Origin: Nitrosopumilus sp.
GTDB lineage: Archaea > Thermoproteota > Nitrososphaeria > Nitrososphaerales > Nitrosopumilaceae
Direction of reading: 5' to 3'
Assembly: GCA_965223425.1 (NCBI GenBank)
Contig: OZ245003.1
Span: 992,001-1,056,000 of the forward strand
DNA length: 64,000 nucleotides
Shown: positions 20,267 to 31,134 of the stretch, one piece after another
How the letters are laid out: the number at the start of each line of letters is the position of its first letter
How positions within the stretch are numbered: position 1 is the stretch's first letter
Position numbers and translations under genes: made by a program
The notes under the pieces: model-generated
Told to the model about the DNA's origin: nothing
Databases searched by the model: none
What the model saw: the letters and a program-made list of their open reading frames with translations, nothing else

Positions 20267-20758
20267 ATGACAACTAGAACTCAAGTAATAATTCCTATCT
20301 TCATTGCTGCAGTAATAGTGGGCATCGTTGGTATGATATCGCTTCCAAGTGATAGTAAATTAGAGTCTGTCGAGTTTCCTAGAGGTACAATTAAGGTTGA
20401 TGATGTCCCTCTTCAGGTACAAATCGCAGATTCGGAACCCAGACGTGTCCGTGGATTAATGTTCCAAGATCCGTTACCTTATGATCAAGGAATGATCTTT
20501 GTATTTGATCAACCCGGCTTACACTCACTATGGATGCTTAACATGCAATTTTCACTTGACATGATTTGGTTTGATAAAGATGGCAAAGTTGTGCATATAG
20601 AAACAGATGTTCCTCCATGCAAAACTGCTTTAGAAATCGCGGCTTGTCAAAGTGTCGTGCCTGATGCTGAGGCAAGTTATATTTTAGAGGTTACCTCTGG
20701 GTTTGTTGATCAAAATAACATCACAAAAGATTCAGTTTTGAGCATAATCTCAATTTAG
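20267..20758 (+). CDS. DUF192 family protein
   Basis: GLMF...GMIFVF...WMLNMQFSLDMIW...YILEV signature; N-terminal anchor. Confidence 0.88.
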   Translation: MTTRTQVIIPIFIAAVIVGIVGMISLPSDSKLESVEFPRGTIKVDDVPLQVQIADSEPRRVRGLMFQDPLPYDQGMIFVFDQPGLHSLWMLNMQFSLDMIWFDKDGKVVHIETDVPPCKTALEIAACQSVVPDAEASYILEVTSGFVDQNNITKDSVLSIISI

Positions 20759-20799
20759 AATTGCAAAACCTTATCTTTGAATGTACTAATTTGTAATTT

Positions 20800-21432
20800 A
20801 TGAACAAGTTTGTCATTCCAATCTTAATTGGCGCTGTAGCTGCCGCCTCTGTATCTTTAATTTCTGTTTATGAAGAACCTTCTAAAGTACCATCAAACCC
20901 AATCTATGATGCTGGTTTCACTTATTATGATATTGAAAGAATTCAAGAAACTTTGGCAGAACAAAACATCGTCGTGTCTGCACCCACGGCAATTACTGAT
21001 CAAACCATAGGTCAATACTGTACATACTTTGATGGTAGTCTTCCTAGGACAGTCGACTATTGTACTACCACTGCTGTGTTGGACTTTGAAGGAAACGCTA
21101 TAGGGAATATCAACATTGGCGGTGACACAAATTCACCAATTATGGCAGTGGCTAATCTTGAAACTGCAACTTTGGAATCAAATAAAGCTGAATCTCTTGC
21201 AATATTTGAGACTATGATTGAGACACTTGTTTGTGACTGTTGGGAAGAAGAGAAAGCAGATGATGATATTGAATCCATTCCCGCCTGGATAGATCTTGTC
21301 CACAAATTTTACTATGACTCTGGCACACGTGGCATTACGTCCCAAGTTGACGATTTAGGAAGTTCTGTAATAACCTTGGAAATCACACCTAAGGAAAAGT
21401 CCATCTTACAGACATTAATTATTCTAAAGTAG
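20800..21432 (+). CDS. Secreted/anchored hypothetical protein
   Basis: Signal-anchor, paired Cys residues, CDCWE motif. Confidence 0.75.
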   Translation: MNKFVIPILIGAVAAASVSLISVYEEPSKVPSNPIYDAGFTYYDIERIQETLAEQNIVVSAPTAITDQTIGQYCTYFDGSLPRTVDYCTTTAVLDFEGNAIGNINIGGDTNSPIMAVANLETATLESNKAESLAIFETMIETLVCDCWEEEKADDDIESIPAWIDLVHKFYYDSGTRGITSQVDDLGSSVITLEITPKEKSILQTLIILK

Positions 21433-21473
21433 CCTAATTATATACGGCAGACTTCTTTGATTGACGAATTACA

Positions 21474-22244
21474 ATGATTGATCAATTGTGGCTAATTCCT
21501 TTAGGGTTTGCTGCTGGAATATTGGGTTCTGTGATTGGATTGGGTGGGGGAATTATTGTTGTTCCTGTGTTGATATTTTCGGGGTTTTCCCCAACGGCTG
21601 CTGCAAGTAACAGTCTCTTTGCCGCATTAAGCAATGCTATAGCATCAACTATCTCTTATTCTAAACAAAAAAGAATTGAATATTCATTAGGCATAAAATT
21701 AGGATTGCTCTCAATTCCTGGAACCATTTTGGGCGCAATAATTTCTACTGATGCAACTCCGGGCATTTTTAAAATATTGTTTGGACTGGTATTGATTGCA
21801 TCAGCAGCTTATATTTTTTTGAGAAAAAAATTCGAGAGCAAAGACAGGACATTATCCAAACAAATGATTGTGTTTGCAATCGGCGCTAGCTTTTTTGCAG
21901 GAATCATTTCTTCATTTTTTGGGATAGGCGGCGGGACTGTCTTTGTTCCATTAATGGTAGTTGGAATGGGAATGGCCATGAAAAAAGCTGCTCCCACTTC
22001 TCAACTGATCTTATTGCTTGCATCACTGTCTGGTGTGATCGTTCATAGTCTTTTGGGACATCCTGATTTTCTTCAAGCAGGATTTTTGGCAATTGGCTCA
22101 TTTTTTGGTGGATTGCTTGGAGCAAGATTATCGCTAGATATCAGAGAGCGTTATTTGCAAATCATAGCGTCTGTTGTAATTTTGACTGCAGCTGTAAAAT
22201 TGTTCTTTGATTCGGCAACTGAGAATCCTATGTTGGGTTTTTAA
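21474..22244 (+). CDS. TauE/SafE family sulfite exporter
   Basis: Duplicated G(L/I)GGG..VP motifs; about 8 TM segments. Confidence 0.9.
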   Translation: MIDQLWLIPLGFAAGILGSVIGLGGGIIVVPVLIFSGFSPTAAASNSLFAALSNAIASTISYSKQKRIEYSLGIKLGLLSIPGTILGAIISTDATPGIFKILFGLVLIASAAYIFLRKKFESKDRTLSKQMIVFAIGASFFAGIISSFFGIGGGTVFVPLMVVGMGMAMKKAAPTSQLILLLASLSGVIVHSLLGHPDFLQAGFLAIGSFFGGLLGARLSLDIRERYLQIIASVVILTAAVKLFFDSATENPMLGF

Positions 22245-22308
22245 CCTCAAATTTTTTCTTGTGCTTTTATAGTAATCTTGTAATTAATGGTGTCCGTTAG
22301 GTCTGACC

Positions 22309-23384
22309 GGGGTTGTCGCCAAATTCGACCAAATGATCTAATTTTGTGATTTTTCACGCATATTGATCAGGGAGGTGTGGGTTTCCCAATGACTTACCAT
22401 AAGAGACGTGATCAGTACTGGAAGTACTATCACGATGCCCACACCCGAGAACTGGATTTTCTCACGTCCCATATAGTTTCTTTGATTGATTGTGGAGAAT
22501 CCGTGTCCCGTACATGCCAGAAGGTCTGGTGCGGGGCGCAAACCGGTACATGACAAAAACAAGCTTGCATTTCTCTGCATACTCACGGTGTGCCTTGACT
22601 TTACATTCAGGGACATGGAGAATCTTGCAGCTCTGCTGAGGATGCCGTGGAACGAACCCCTGCCGGATCACAGCACCATTGCCAGGTTCATGCAAAAGAT
22701 TCCTGTTGCGTGGCTTGAGGACACGGTTGCCGTCACGGCAGCATCGTGCCTTGCAGGATTTGATGCCTCTGATCTCACGCTGGCATCAGACAGCAGCGGC
22801 GTTGCCACTGACAGGTATGAAAGGGTGCAAAAAAATGCCAGAAACAGGCACAACAGGAGGCAAAGCGTCAAAAGAAATACCTGAAATAGCACGTGGCCTC
22901 GGTACTGGGCCTGCAGGTCATACTCTCCTGCCGCATCACATCCAACAGGATGGCAGACACTACAGTCTTTGCCTCGCTGCTAAAGAAGATCAAAAAGACA
23001 GGCATTGCCTTTGCAGGCAGGTTCAACGCAGACAGGGGGTATGACTCTGATAGGAACTGCAGGCTTGTCTTTGGTGCCGGCATGACCCCGAACATAAAGC
23101 AGAGGGGCAATGCCGTGAACAGAACAAAAAAGTTCAGGAAAAAGGCCGCAGGGCTGTTTGACGGGGAGATCTACAAAAAACGAGGCATGATAGAGGGAAT
23201 ATTTGGAGCAGAGGAGACAGAGGGCCACAGGCTGCTGTGCAGGTTCAGAAAGACATCCACAAGAAGGCGGTTTGGACTGTGCAAGACAATAGGATGGAAC
23301 CTTGAGGTGTTAAACCGTTTGGAGTGCGCCGCAAGGCGAAATATTCAGGTGGTGGCAGCTTGATGTGAATTTGGCGACAACCCC
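22309..23384 (+). mobile_element. IS5-family element with an inactivated transposase
   Basis: 18-bp TIR ggggttgtcgccaaattc / gaatttggcgacaacccc. Transposase 22486-23363 (PDHSTI, SDSSG, ADRGYD, YKKRGMIEGIF) is split by a frameshift and a TAG near 22887. No TSD. Confidence 0.88.
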
Positions 23385-23587
23385 TGCTGTACAACCTGTG
23401 GAGGATTGCCAGGTTCTGCCTTGATGCAGGAAAGAGGCATGGAAGAGTATCTTCTGCAGGAAAAAAACTCACCATGGTGTTGTTTATTGTGCATATTACA
23501 AGCAGAAACGAGTTGTTTGTCAATGATCGAGGCAAGTAGAACCGATGCTAGTTGTGGTTGCGGTAAATCTACATCTGGGAACTACTG
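23385..23587 (+). mobile_element. Right-end fragment of the ISH3 element (third copy)
   Basis: Nearly identical to 7650-7852 and ends in the TIR ...ctgggaactactg. Confidence 0.92.
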
Positions 23588-23636
23588 ATATGATAGTCTT
23601 CTTGTGGACATCCAGGCCGACAAAGACAGATGACAT
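23588..23636 (-). pseudogene. IS110-family transposase N-terminal remnant
   Basis: MSSVFVGLDVHKKTII carries the GxD(V)xK first catalytic motif of IS110 recombinases; cut by the ISH3 end. Confidence 0.6.
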
Positions 23637-23810
23637 GCATATCCACGGATCTGGGGTTGTGTGTTTGTTTGCATTTCTGATCTTTGCAGTACTAGCTCTG
23701 TTTTTTGAACCAGAACCATTCCTATCATCTAATTTCCTTGATCGAGGCACGTAAGATTACACTAAAAACAAAGAATCAGTTTAATATGATAAGTTATACA
23801 AAAAAATTCA

Positions 23811-25340
23811 ATGATAGGTAAAACAATGTTAGGATTAATAGTCTTGGCAATCGGATTAAGTACAATTCCTGCATTTGCAGAGACGGAGATACTATCGCCA
23901 TTAGCACAATATAGTCAAGGAGCATCTATACAAGAAATACAGTGCAGGGATTCAAAAGTACTCATGGAGACAACGCGCGGAACACCTGCATGTGTAAACG
24001 AAGAATCCGTGCAAAAGGTCCAGCAAAGAGGATGGGTTGCAGTGCCGGCATTACAGCAGGATGACACTGAGATTCTAGACATACCAACTGAGATCTCTAC
24101 AAAAAAGATAACCACTGGCAACATGAATAATACATATGACGGGATATATGAGCTTGGCCCAATGGCAGATTTTTGGCCGCAATACAGCCTTACCTTTCCT
24201 GAGCAAGTCATAGTCGGGGAGCAATTTGAGGTCGTACTGGATTACACCTTTGTCATACCCTCTGAGGAGGAAGACGATGACGGCGTAGAGTTTCTAGACT
24301 ATGAAGATCCTGAAAAAGTATGTAGTGAAGGATGCTTGGAATACTGGATCTCTACAGATTCAAAGTTCCACATAGGTAGAAATGCATATGTTGATCTTCT
24401 AAACGATACAGACTATGTGTTGCATGGCATTGCAAACGATACCAGATATCTTCCAATCAGAGCATTTGAACACGGTACTATGTTGCCACTATTTAACAAC
24501 ACACAGCCACATCAAAAGACATTCACGTTTGTAATCAACGAACCAGATACAGAGTATCCCTTTGGAGAGATACGCATAGATTTTAGTGGTGACGGAGGAG
24601 GATGGATTTACTTTTACGTGGAGCCAGGCAATACGGTTCGTCTCAGCGATGAGCCAATCATTGTTACAGGCGAAGGTGTTCCACAACTAGTAATGAATCA
24701 CCCTACTAACTCTACTGCAAAAACTCTTCCTCAAGACCCATTAAGTGGCGTAGATGACCCAAAAAAATTAATGCATGAACTAGCAGCGTTCTTCGAAGAG
24801 TATTATTCAGAAGGTGATGTAGAGGCGGAATTGCGACTATCAAACTTTACAGATGCATTCATCGACAGGTTCTTTACACTATATCCAGACCTGAGGACAC
24901 AATCATTTGTTCCATCTCTACAATTCATACTGCCATCTGTATATGCCCAATCCAACCCCACTTCTTTTGTTTATGGAAATGCGTATTATTATGATCTAGA
25001 TAACAGCAAGGTTCTCTTAAAAAATACAGAAATATGTGCTTACACAAAAACTTACCAAACTTATAATCAAGTTATGAATGGCCGAACACATGTATGTGAT
25101 AAAACAGATGCATCTGGTTCCTTTTCGTTGGTCGGTGTCCCGCAAGGCATTAACTTGTATCTGGGGGCACATACTGAGGGAGATGACATCAAAGTTGTCA
25201 AAAACAATAATCTAAATTTACATATTTACTATGCTCCAACTTTTATTTCAGTCAATAGCGGCACAATAAATGCAGGTGACTTTACATTACCTTCAAGTGG
25301 AATACAATCGCTTGCGTTTAAACTGCTAGGAGAGCTTGAG
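23811..25340 (+). pseudogene. Secreted thaumarchaeal surface protein truncated by IS66
   Basis: Signal peptide and SPL.Q...C...PACV...RGW module; the ORF runs into the IS66 TIR and stops inside it at 25352. Confidence 0.75.
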
Positions 25341-26808
25341 GTAAGAGGCTAGGTCTCTAGTACAGTCTCAGTATCTCTTCTTGAATGCTGGTTCCCCTTT
25401 TCTGCCATGTCAGCAAGCAGCTCACAAGTATGCCAAATACCTTCATGCCTGCTTCGGTGACAAGACGCTGTCTAATCTTGCGCGATATGACGACCCGGCG
25501 AAGCATCCTTTCTGATTCGTTGTTTGTGGGATCCATTCCGGGATGCTTTAGAAACGTAAACAGGTTTGGTGTGGCCTTTTCCAGCTTGTCTCCGAACTTG
25601 CAGTCCGGACAGCCCTTGTACGAATCCGCAATTGCCGTGCAGGAGATCACAAACGAGTCATAATGCGTGTGCGCGTCAGGCCGCAGCGCAACCTGCTTTG
25701 CATCGTGGTATAGCAAACGCAGTTTCTCATACAGCATGGTTTTTGGTTCATCATCACCATCACCATCATCCTGTTCAAATTCGGCATCACACAGTATGTG
25801 TGACCAGCACCGTTGAATTGTTCTGAAACGATTGTATGCCGCATAACCGTCGACTGTCACGGGAATATCCCAGTGAGGAAAGTGAATATCCAGTACGGCA
25901 GCGGCCCTGCTTCTGTCCACATGAATCAGTACCGCATCATCACCGATGCATACCCAGACATATCCCAGTTTGTCGTATATTGTATATGACGTCTCATCAA
26001 GTTTCAGGTATTTTGATCTGCCAATCTTTTCTTTCCATGACTCTACCTCTGACTCTAACGCTCCTCCTAATGCAAACAGCGCGTTTTGTATTGTTTTTTT
26101 GCAGATTGACGTGTCATACAGGCTTGCTGCCTCCCTGATTGAGTTCAGGCTGCAGCCTTGTTTATACATCGACATGGTTATTGTCATGAGGTTCTTGCCA
26201 ATCGATGTTCCGTCTATTCCGACCTGGGGCGTTGTGACATGTCCGCACCTGCAGGTGCAGTGCTGTATGACGTTGTTTGTGGATACGGTCCTTGGAATCT
26301 CCGGAATGTCGACTGTCATCTTTGTCGTGGTCTTTGTAACTGTAATGCCTTTGCTGCCGCACTTTGCGCATTTCTTTGGCCTGTGCACCGTTGTGTGACA
26401 AGGCCTTCTCTTGTGGGATGCGCCGACGTGGCCTGCACTTGCTCCGCCCTTGTTTGGAGGGGGGGAGGAGGAGGAGGAGGAACCGCCTTTTGCACGGTCT
26501 GCCTTTTTTCGGCGCGTGGGAATGGAGTTTGCCGACGGCGGTGAGTGCGGATTCTCGTAGAACGCTACGCGCCTCTCTAGTTCCGCTATTGTCAAATCCT
26601 TCTCGGCTTCCCTTGCCTGTAATTTTTTTACATCGCCTGCCAACTGGCTGACAATCTTTCGCAAGCTGTCGTTTTCAGCAAATGATTTTGCCAGAGCATC
26701 CCGTAATATCTTGATCTCCGAGTCACTCATTAGACAGAGTCAGGGATCATCGAATTTGGATCAGTATGATCTAGAATGTTTGAGTTCGTGACTAATCTAG
26801 CCTCTTAC
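25341..26808 (-). mobile_element. IS66-family element, single-ORF (ISBst12-like) type
   Basis: TIR gtaagaggctag / ctagcctcttac with the GTAA start typical of IS66; flanks agcttgag and gattaatc do not match, so no TSD. Confidence 0.88.
25357..26730 (-). CDS. IS66-family transposase (intact)
   Basis: Coiled coil, NPHSPPS, Zn fingers, LDET, VDGYAAY, QRCWSH and PTNNESERMLR motifs. Confidence 0.92.
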   Translation of the reverse strand: MSDSEIKILRDALAKSFAENDSLRKIVSQLAGDVKKLQAREAEKDLTIAELERRVAFYENPHSPPSANSIPTRRKKADRAKGGSSSSSSPPPNKGGASAGHVGASHKRRPCHTTVHRPKKCAKCGSKGITVTKTTTKMTVDIPEIPRTVSTNNVIQHCTCRCGHVTTPQVGIDGTSIGKNLMTITMSMYKQGCSLNSIREAASLYDTSICKKTIQNALFALGGALESEVESWKEKIGRSKYLKLDETSYTIYDKLGYVWVCIGDDAVLIHVDRSRAAAVLDIHFPHWDIPVTVDGYAAYNRFRTIQRCWSHILCDAEFEQDDGDGDDEPKTMLYEKLRLLYHDAKQVALRPDAHTHYDSFVISCTAIADSYKGCPDCKFGDKLEKATPNLFTFLKHPGMDPTNNESERMLRRVVISRKIRQRLVTEAGMKVFGILVSCLLTWQKRGTSIQEEILRLY

Positions 26809-26845
26809 GATTAATCTAAAGATTAATCTTTAATTCAGCTACTAC

Positions 26846-27298
26846 TTAGCGAGGCGGCTCTTTTTTAATTCTGTAGATGTTTTTCTTTGAAAGAACGATT
26901 GTTTCTCCGTCCTGAGCAGTTCCTTCATAATCAACTGCAATCTTTCCAAATTCTTCATCAATTTCTTCTTTTTCTGAAATTGTAAATTTCAATTTTAAAA
27001 CCTGATCAGTGGATAATGGCCTGAGAAATCTTGTGTTTTTATTGCCCCATTTAGGATCCCCGTCTGTTCCAAGAAAAATAATATGGTTTCCGTAAATCTG
27101 GCTTAGTCTTGTAAATTCCCCCTCCATTCTTGATAAAATTGCTCTTCCTGAAACTATCTGCTGCTCTCCTTTTTGTTTGTCCTCTAAGAATGCATTTCTG
27201 ACTCTTGAGAAACTCAGATATTCTTTTAATTCTTTGTCTGATATGCTGCATGTTGAAAAAAAAGAATCTCCAACCCTAAACTCGGAAAATTTTTTCAT
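26846..27298 (-). CDS. Hot-dog fold (MaoC-like) protein
   Basis: F.VGD start, RFLRPL.TD strand pattern; start overlaps the SDR gene stop. Confidence 0.7.
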   Translation of the reverse strand: MKKFSEFRVGDSFFSTCSISDKELKEYLSFSRVRNAFLEDKQKGEQQIVSGRAILSRMEGEFTRLSQIYGNHIIFLGTDGDPKWGNKNTRFLRPLSTDQVLKLKFTISEKEEIDEEFGKIAVDYEGTAQDGETIVLSKKNIYRIKKEPPR

Positions 27299-29067
27299 TA
27301 TCTTGACTCGTCAACACAGAAAATAACTTCAGCTGATGAAGCTGCACTATCTGATACAAGGAAATTAAATGCATCTGCAATTTTTTCATTATCTGGCTCT
27401 CCGCCTGCAACTGTGCCAGGAAGTATTGTAAACATTCTAATTTTTGATTTTAAGACATCACTTAGTTCCTGATTAACTGTGGTTGTAAATGGTCTTAGCG
27501 CCCCTCTGAACACTTCCACTTGGGCCCTTTGAGTTCCTGTCACTTTTCTTCCAACTGGCAAATCTGGACCAACTATCATAATTGCACCCCTTGCATCTTT
27601 GTAAAGGCGGGGATCCTTGCTTCCTCCCGGAACAAATTGTTCAAGCGTTCTTTGTGCCACTGTCGCCGGGGTTGAAATGAATTTTTCACCAAGTGCTTCC
27701 CATTTTGCCCTTGATAGTTCAGTCAATTTTGATATCTCTGGCAGTTTGCCCGTAACGTGAATCACACCTAAAATTTCACCAATGTTGGTTTTGGCAGTGT
27801 TTAGCCACTTTTCTACTTTGTCGGGATTCTTGATATCTACTACGTGAGAATGGAATCTGCCACTAATGGACTCTTGAAGTTCTTTTGGTGTTTCTTGTGA
27901 AATAAAACATGCAACTTTTCCACCGTTTTTCTCAACATGCTGTGCCAAAAATTCTACTCGTTTGGCATCTGTTTTGTCAGTGGCATCGACTGTGATTACG
28001 ACTGCTTTTCCACCAAAGTCTGGTTGGTGGACTCTTGGTGTTGCGGTTCCAATATGGGCTTTGACAGGATAAAACACCCTATCGCCTGGAACCACTTTGC
28101 CGTTTAGAATCTTTGCTATTTTGTCATCACACAAGTTTAGAACTGATTCTGCAACTTGTGATTGTGATAGGAATTCTTGATCTGCAATCATGTGTGATGT
28201 GTTGTTCTGAACTTTTTCTGCTATGGCTTGAATTTTATTTAATAGACTTGTAAGTGTCTCAGTTAGTTTAGATACATCTTTTCCATTTGCCAATTTTTCT
28301 GCAGCTTTTGCAACGCCTTCTTTGACTGTATTTTTGTCTTCTCCTAACAATGGAAGTAATTCTTTGTTTGCTGCACTCACCTCTGCTGGATTCAGATCTT
28401 CAAAACCGCTTACCCTCATAAACTCTGATGCAGCTTTTGGATAAACTGTCTTGTAAATTCTATCAGAATGTACTGGTCCTGGATTTGTTGCAATTGACAT
28501 GATTCCTTTATCTACTAGTTCCCATGACATTGCTTCGGCTAATCTATTTTTTGCACCTTGAGAAGCAGTATATGGACTTCTAAATCTGTATGGCCTTTGC
28601 TCTAATGGCCTTTCTTCAGTAAAGAATGTTGAAATTGTGATAATTTTCCCGCCTTCTTTCATAACCTTTAGTGCTTGAACTGAACCCCAGAATGTACCTG
28701 TAAGATGTATTCCTATGGTGCTTTTGAATTCATCTAGTGGCGCATTTGCAAAACATGTGACAGGACCTGAAACTCCTGCATTGTTAATCATGTAATCCAC
28801 AGTAACGCCGTCGTTTTTAAGCGAGTCAAACGTGTTGTTCATTGCAGCCTCATCAGCTACATCGACTCCTGCAAAAATTCTAACTGACGCCCCGCTGTCC
28901 TGGGGAACTTTTCCTTCAAGTTCTTTTGCTGCTTCTTCTAATGGCTCTTTTCTTCTTCCAAGAATAATCACACTTGCTCCATTCTCAACAAATTTTGTGG
29001 CAATGGCCTTGCCTATACCTGTACCACTACCTGTAATCAGAGCAATTTTGTCTTGGAATTTTAGCAT
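27298..29067 (-). CDS. Tandem SDR-domain oxidoreductase resembling Chloroflexus malonyl-CoA reductase domains
   Basis: ITGSGTGIG, INNAGVSGP, RSPYTASQ and PGPVHSDRI motifs, plus a second degenerate Rossmann domain. Confidence 0.8.
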   Translation of the reverse strand: MLKFQDKIALITGSGTGIGKAIATKFVENGASVIILGRRKEPLEEAAKELEGKVPQDSGASVRIFAGVDVADEAAMNNTFDSLKNDGVTVDYMINNAGVSGPVTCFANAPLDEFKSTIGIHLTGTFWGSVQALKVMKEGGKIITISTFFTEERPLEQRPYRFRSPYTASQGAKNRLAEAMSWELVDKGIMSIATNPGPVHSDRIYKTVYPKAASEFMRVSGFEDLNPAEVSAANKELLPLLGEDKNTVKEGVAKAAEKLANGKDVSKLTETLTSLLNKIQAIAEKVQNNTSHMIADQEFLSQSQVAESVLNLCDDKIAKILNGKVVPGDRVFYPVKAHIGTATPRVHQPDFGGKAVVITVDATDKTDAKRVEFLAQHVEKNGGKVACFISQETPKELQESISGRFHSHVVDIKNPDKVEKWLNTAKTNIGEILGVIHVTGKLPEISKLTELSRAKWEALGEKFISTPATVAQRTLEQFVPGGSKDPRLYKDARGAIMIVGPDLPVGRKVTGTQRAQVEVFRGALRPFTTTVNQELSDVLKSKIRMFTILPGTVAGGEPDNEKIADAFNFLVSDSAASSAEVIFCVDESR

Positions 29068-29164
29068 AGATAAACTGTCAAAACTTTTGTGATATTTATG
29101 GATTGATCTCTGTAAAAAACAATTTCTTGATATCTTTATTTGTGGGCATGATTCATGATTTTCA

Positions 29165-29401
29165 ATGCATGACACAGAACCAGATACATTTGTCTATAAA
29201 ACCTGGCCTGAAAGGTTTAGTGACATGTTAAAAGAAATTGGAGTAGACTCCGAATCCAAGGAAATCGGAACCGATGATGTTGAAAAAGGTGATTATTACA
29301 GCAGATATTTTGCTCAAACCCCTAGAATGATAACTAATAGAGGGTGTCTTGATGTCAAGGGCTCTAACATCGATGTAATTCAAATTATTCGAAAGGGGTA
29401 A
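29165..29401 (+). CDS. Hypothetical protein
   Basis: 78-aa ORF apparently co-transcribed with the next gene. Confidence 0.7.
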   Translation: MHDTEPDTFVYKTWPERFSDMLKEIGVDSESKEIGTDDVEKGDYYSRYFAQTPRMITNRGCLDVKGSNIDVIQIIRKG

Positions 29402-29403
29402 AA

Positions 29404-29784
29404 ATGCAAGAATCAAATCCAATTTTCCCTTGGGGCGCAGAAGATAGATTTCAAGCACACTTCATTGTCAGAAGGGATACTGGTGCAGGGGTTGAAAACT
29501 ATGTTGCAAAAACACAACTAACTACTAAGGGACATTTTGCTGCTAAAACTATTGTAAAAGTTGACTGGAATGGACACGGTAAATTGTCTTCTAAACTAAA
29601 CGAAGATTTAGAACTTAATGAAATGATTGCAAAACAGTCAATCAAAGACGCCACTATCTATGTTGAGCCTACAGATAATGCAGTTCGAATTAGAAGTAAA
29701 TGGGATAACCACCTTGCATTTGGTATTACCAAAGAGCTCTTTGAGATCTATGATCGGATAGCTGGTCACATAAAATCAATCTAG
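29404..29784 (+). CDS. Hypothetical protein
   Basis: 126-aa ORF starting 2 bp after the previous stop. Confidence 0.7.
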   Translation: MQESNPIFPWGAEDRFQAHFIVRRDTGAGVENYVAKTQLTTKGHFAAKTIVKVDWNGHGKLSSKLNEDLELNEMIAKQSIKDATIYVEPTDNAVRIRSKWDNHLAFGITKELFEIYDRIAGHIKSI

Positions 29785-30317
29785 GCCCTCCACCAATCTA
29801 GGGCAAGAAAATCAACCCTGTCTTTTCCTTTTGGAACCGCCAAAATAAATTGCTTTTTTACTGTAGTTGCAAGCCTGCCGGCAAGAACAATCCCTGTGGA
29901 TGTAATTGACTCGTTTCTGTTATACACCTGAATCAAATAGGGCGCATGATCAATTCCGGGCCCTTTTTCATACACTGCAAAGTCACAACCAAATTTTATT
30001 CCGGGATTGATGATGTATCCTTTATCCCTGAAATTTTTGTAAACTAGGTATTTTTTATCAAAATCATAGTGCTCTTTTTTGCAAATCCCAATCATTTGTT
30101 CTACAGTAACTTTTTGCTTGTCTTTTGTAATGGCTATTTTCTTGCTCTCTAAAAGATACAGACCTTCAATCAGATCTAGAATTAATGGGGCATCAATTTC
30201 TTCAATCTTTGGCTTCGGTATTCCTATGGGCTTTCCGTAGTAGCCTTTGCCAAAGAGCTTGCGCGAGTCATCAATGTTCCAAACTATGATTCTATTTTCT
30301 ATTAACTCACTTTTCAT
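29781..30317 (-). CDS. endA: tRNA-intron endonuclease catalytic subunit
   Basis: EGLYL, YLVYKNFRDKGY, GIKFGCDFAVY, GPGIDHAPY and RLATTVKK motifs. Confidence 0.93.
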   Translation of the reverse strand: MKSELIENRIIVWNIDDSRKLFGKGYYGKPIGIPKPKIEEIDAPLILDLIEGLYLLESKKIAITKDKQKVTVEQMIGICKKEHYDFDKKYLVYKNFRDKGYIINPGIKFGCDFAVYEKGPGIDHAPYLIQVYNRNESITSTGIVLAGRLATTVKKQFILAVPKGKDRVDFLALDWWRA

Positions 30318-30414
30318 TACACTTGTCAAACGCCAAGCGTATATGAATTCTTTAGTTAAATCAGACATTATTGAAGAATCAAACAAAGTAAAGATTTGGA
30401 ATAATTTGTTTTGT

Positions 30415-31068
30415 TTATAGGCTCAATGCTAGTAATATGAAGGAATCTGACACCCTTTGACATTTATCTGCCATCTCCTCAATTCCTTCAATCACGTCCT
30501 TGATCAACATCAATTCTTTTGTATTTGACACTTCGGTTAGAAGCTTCAGTGTTGCATCTCTGTATTTGATGTCAATTTCCCTCTCTATTGTTTGCGTCTC
30601 TTGAGCTAATTCAATGGCACTTGCGGTGTTTGTGTTTAGACTTCGAATAATTTCATTTAGCTTGTAAACTTGGTCTACAACCAGTTCAATTAACTTTGTG
30701 ATGTCTTTGTCGAGTTTTGCACTTTTTAATGTGGTGACTTTTACGTTTGAGAGTTTGAAGGAAATGCCTGTAATGTAACCTGCGATTTCGTCCATAGTAT
30801 ATGCCGTGTTGAGAAGGTTTTCCCTATTCATGATCAGCCCTCCTACGTCTGCCACTTCTCGTGTGATCTTTCTTCTTAGATTTTCCACTTCGTCTTCGAT
30901 TGTTGAGATTTGTTCTATTGCATTTTTGATTCCTGTCTTATCTTTTTTCATCATAAGCTCAGGTATTGTTGCAAGTTCTCTGGAAGCGTTTAGAATTCTA
31001 TTTATCTCGTCTTGTAAAACTGCTATGGCCTTCCTTTTTGCCTGAACTTCAAGCTCCCCGCTATACAT
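30415..31068 (-). CDS. DUF47 (PhoU-like) phosphate transport regulator
   Basis: Helical repeats with E..D, DEIA and IEEMADKC motifs. Confidence 0.8.
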   Translation of the reverse strand: MYSGELEVQAKRKAIAVLQDEINRILNASRELATIPELMMKKDKTGIKNAIEQISTIEDEVENLRRKITREVADVGGLIMNRENLLNTAYTMDEIAGYITGISFKLSNVKVTTLKSAKLDKDITKLIELVVDQVYKLNEIIRSLNTNTASAIELAQETQTIEREIDIKYRDATLKLLTEVSNTKELMLIKDVIEGIEEMADKCQRVSDSFILLALSL

Positions 31069-31134
31069 AACAGAAAACAAAAAATCCTAAGGTAATTTAA
31101 ATCCTCTATGATTTTTGATAATTTTTGAGCACAA

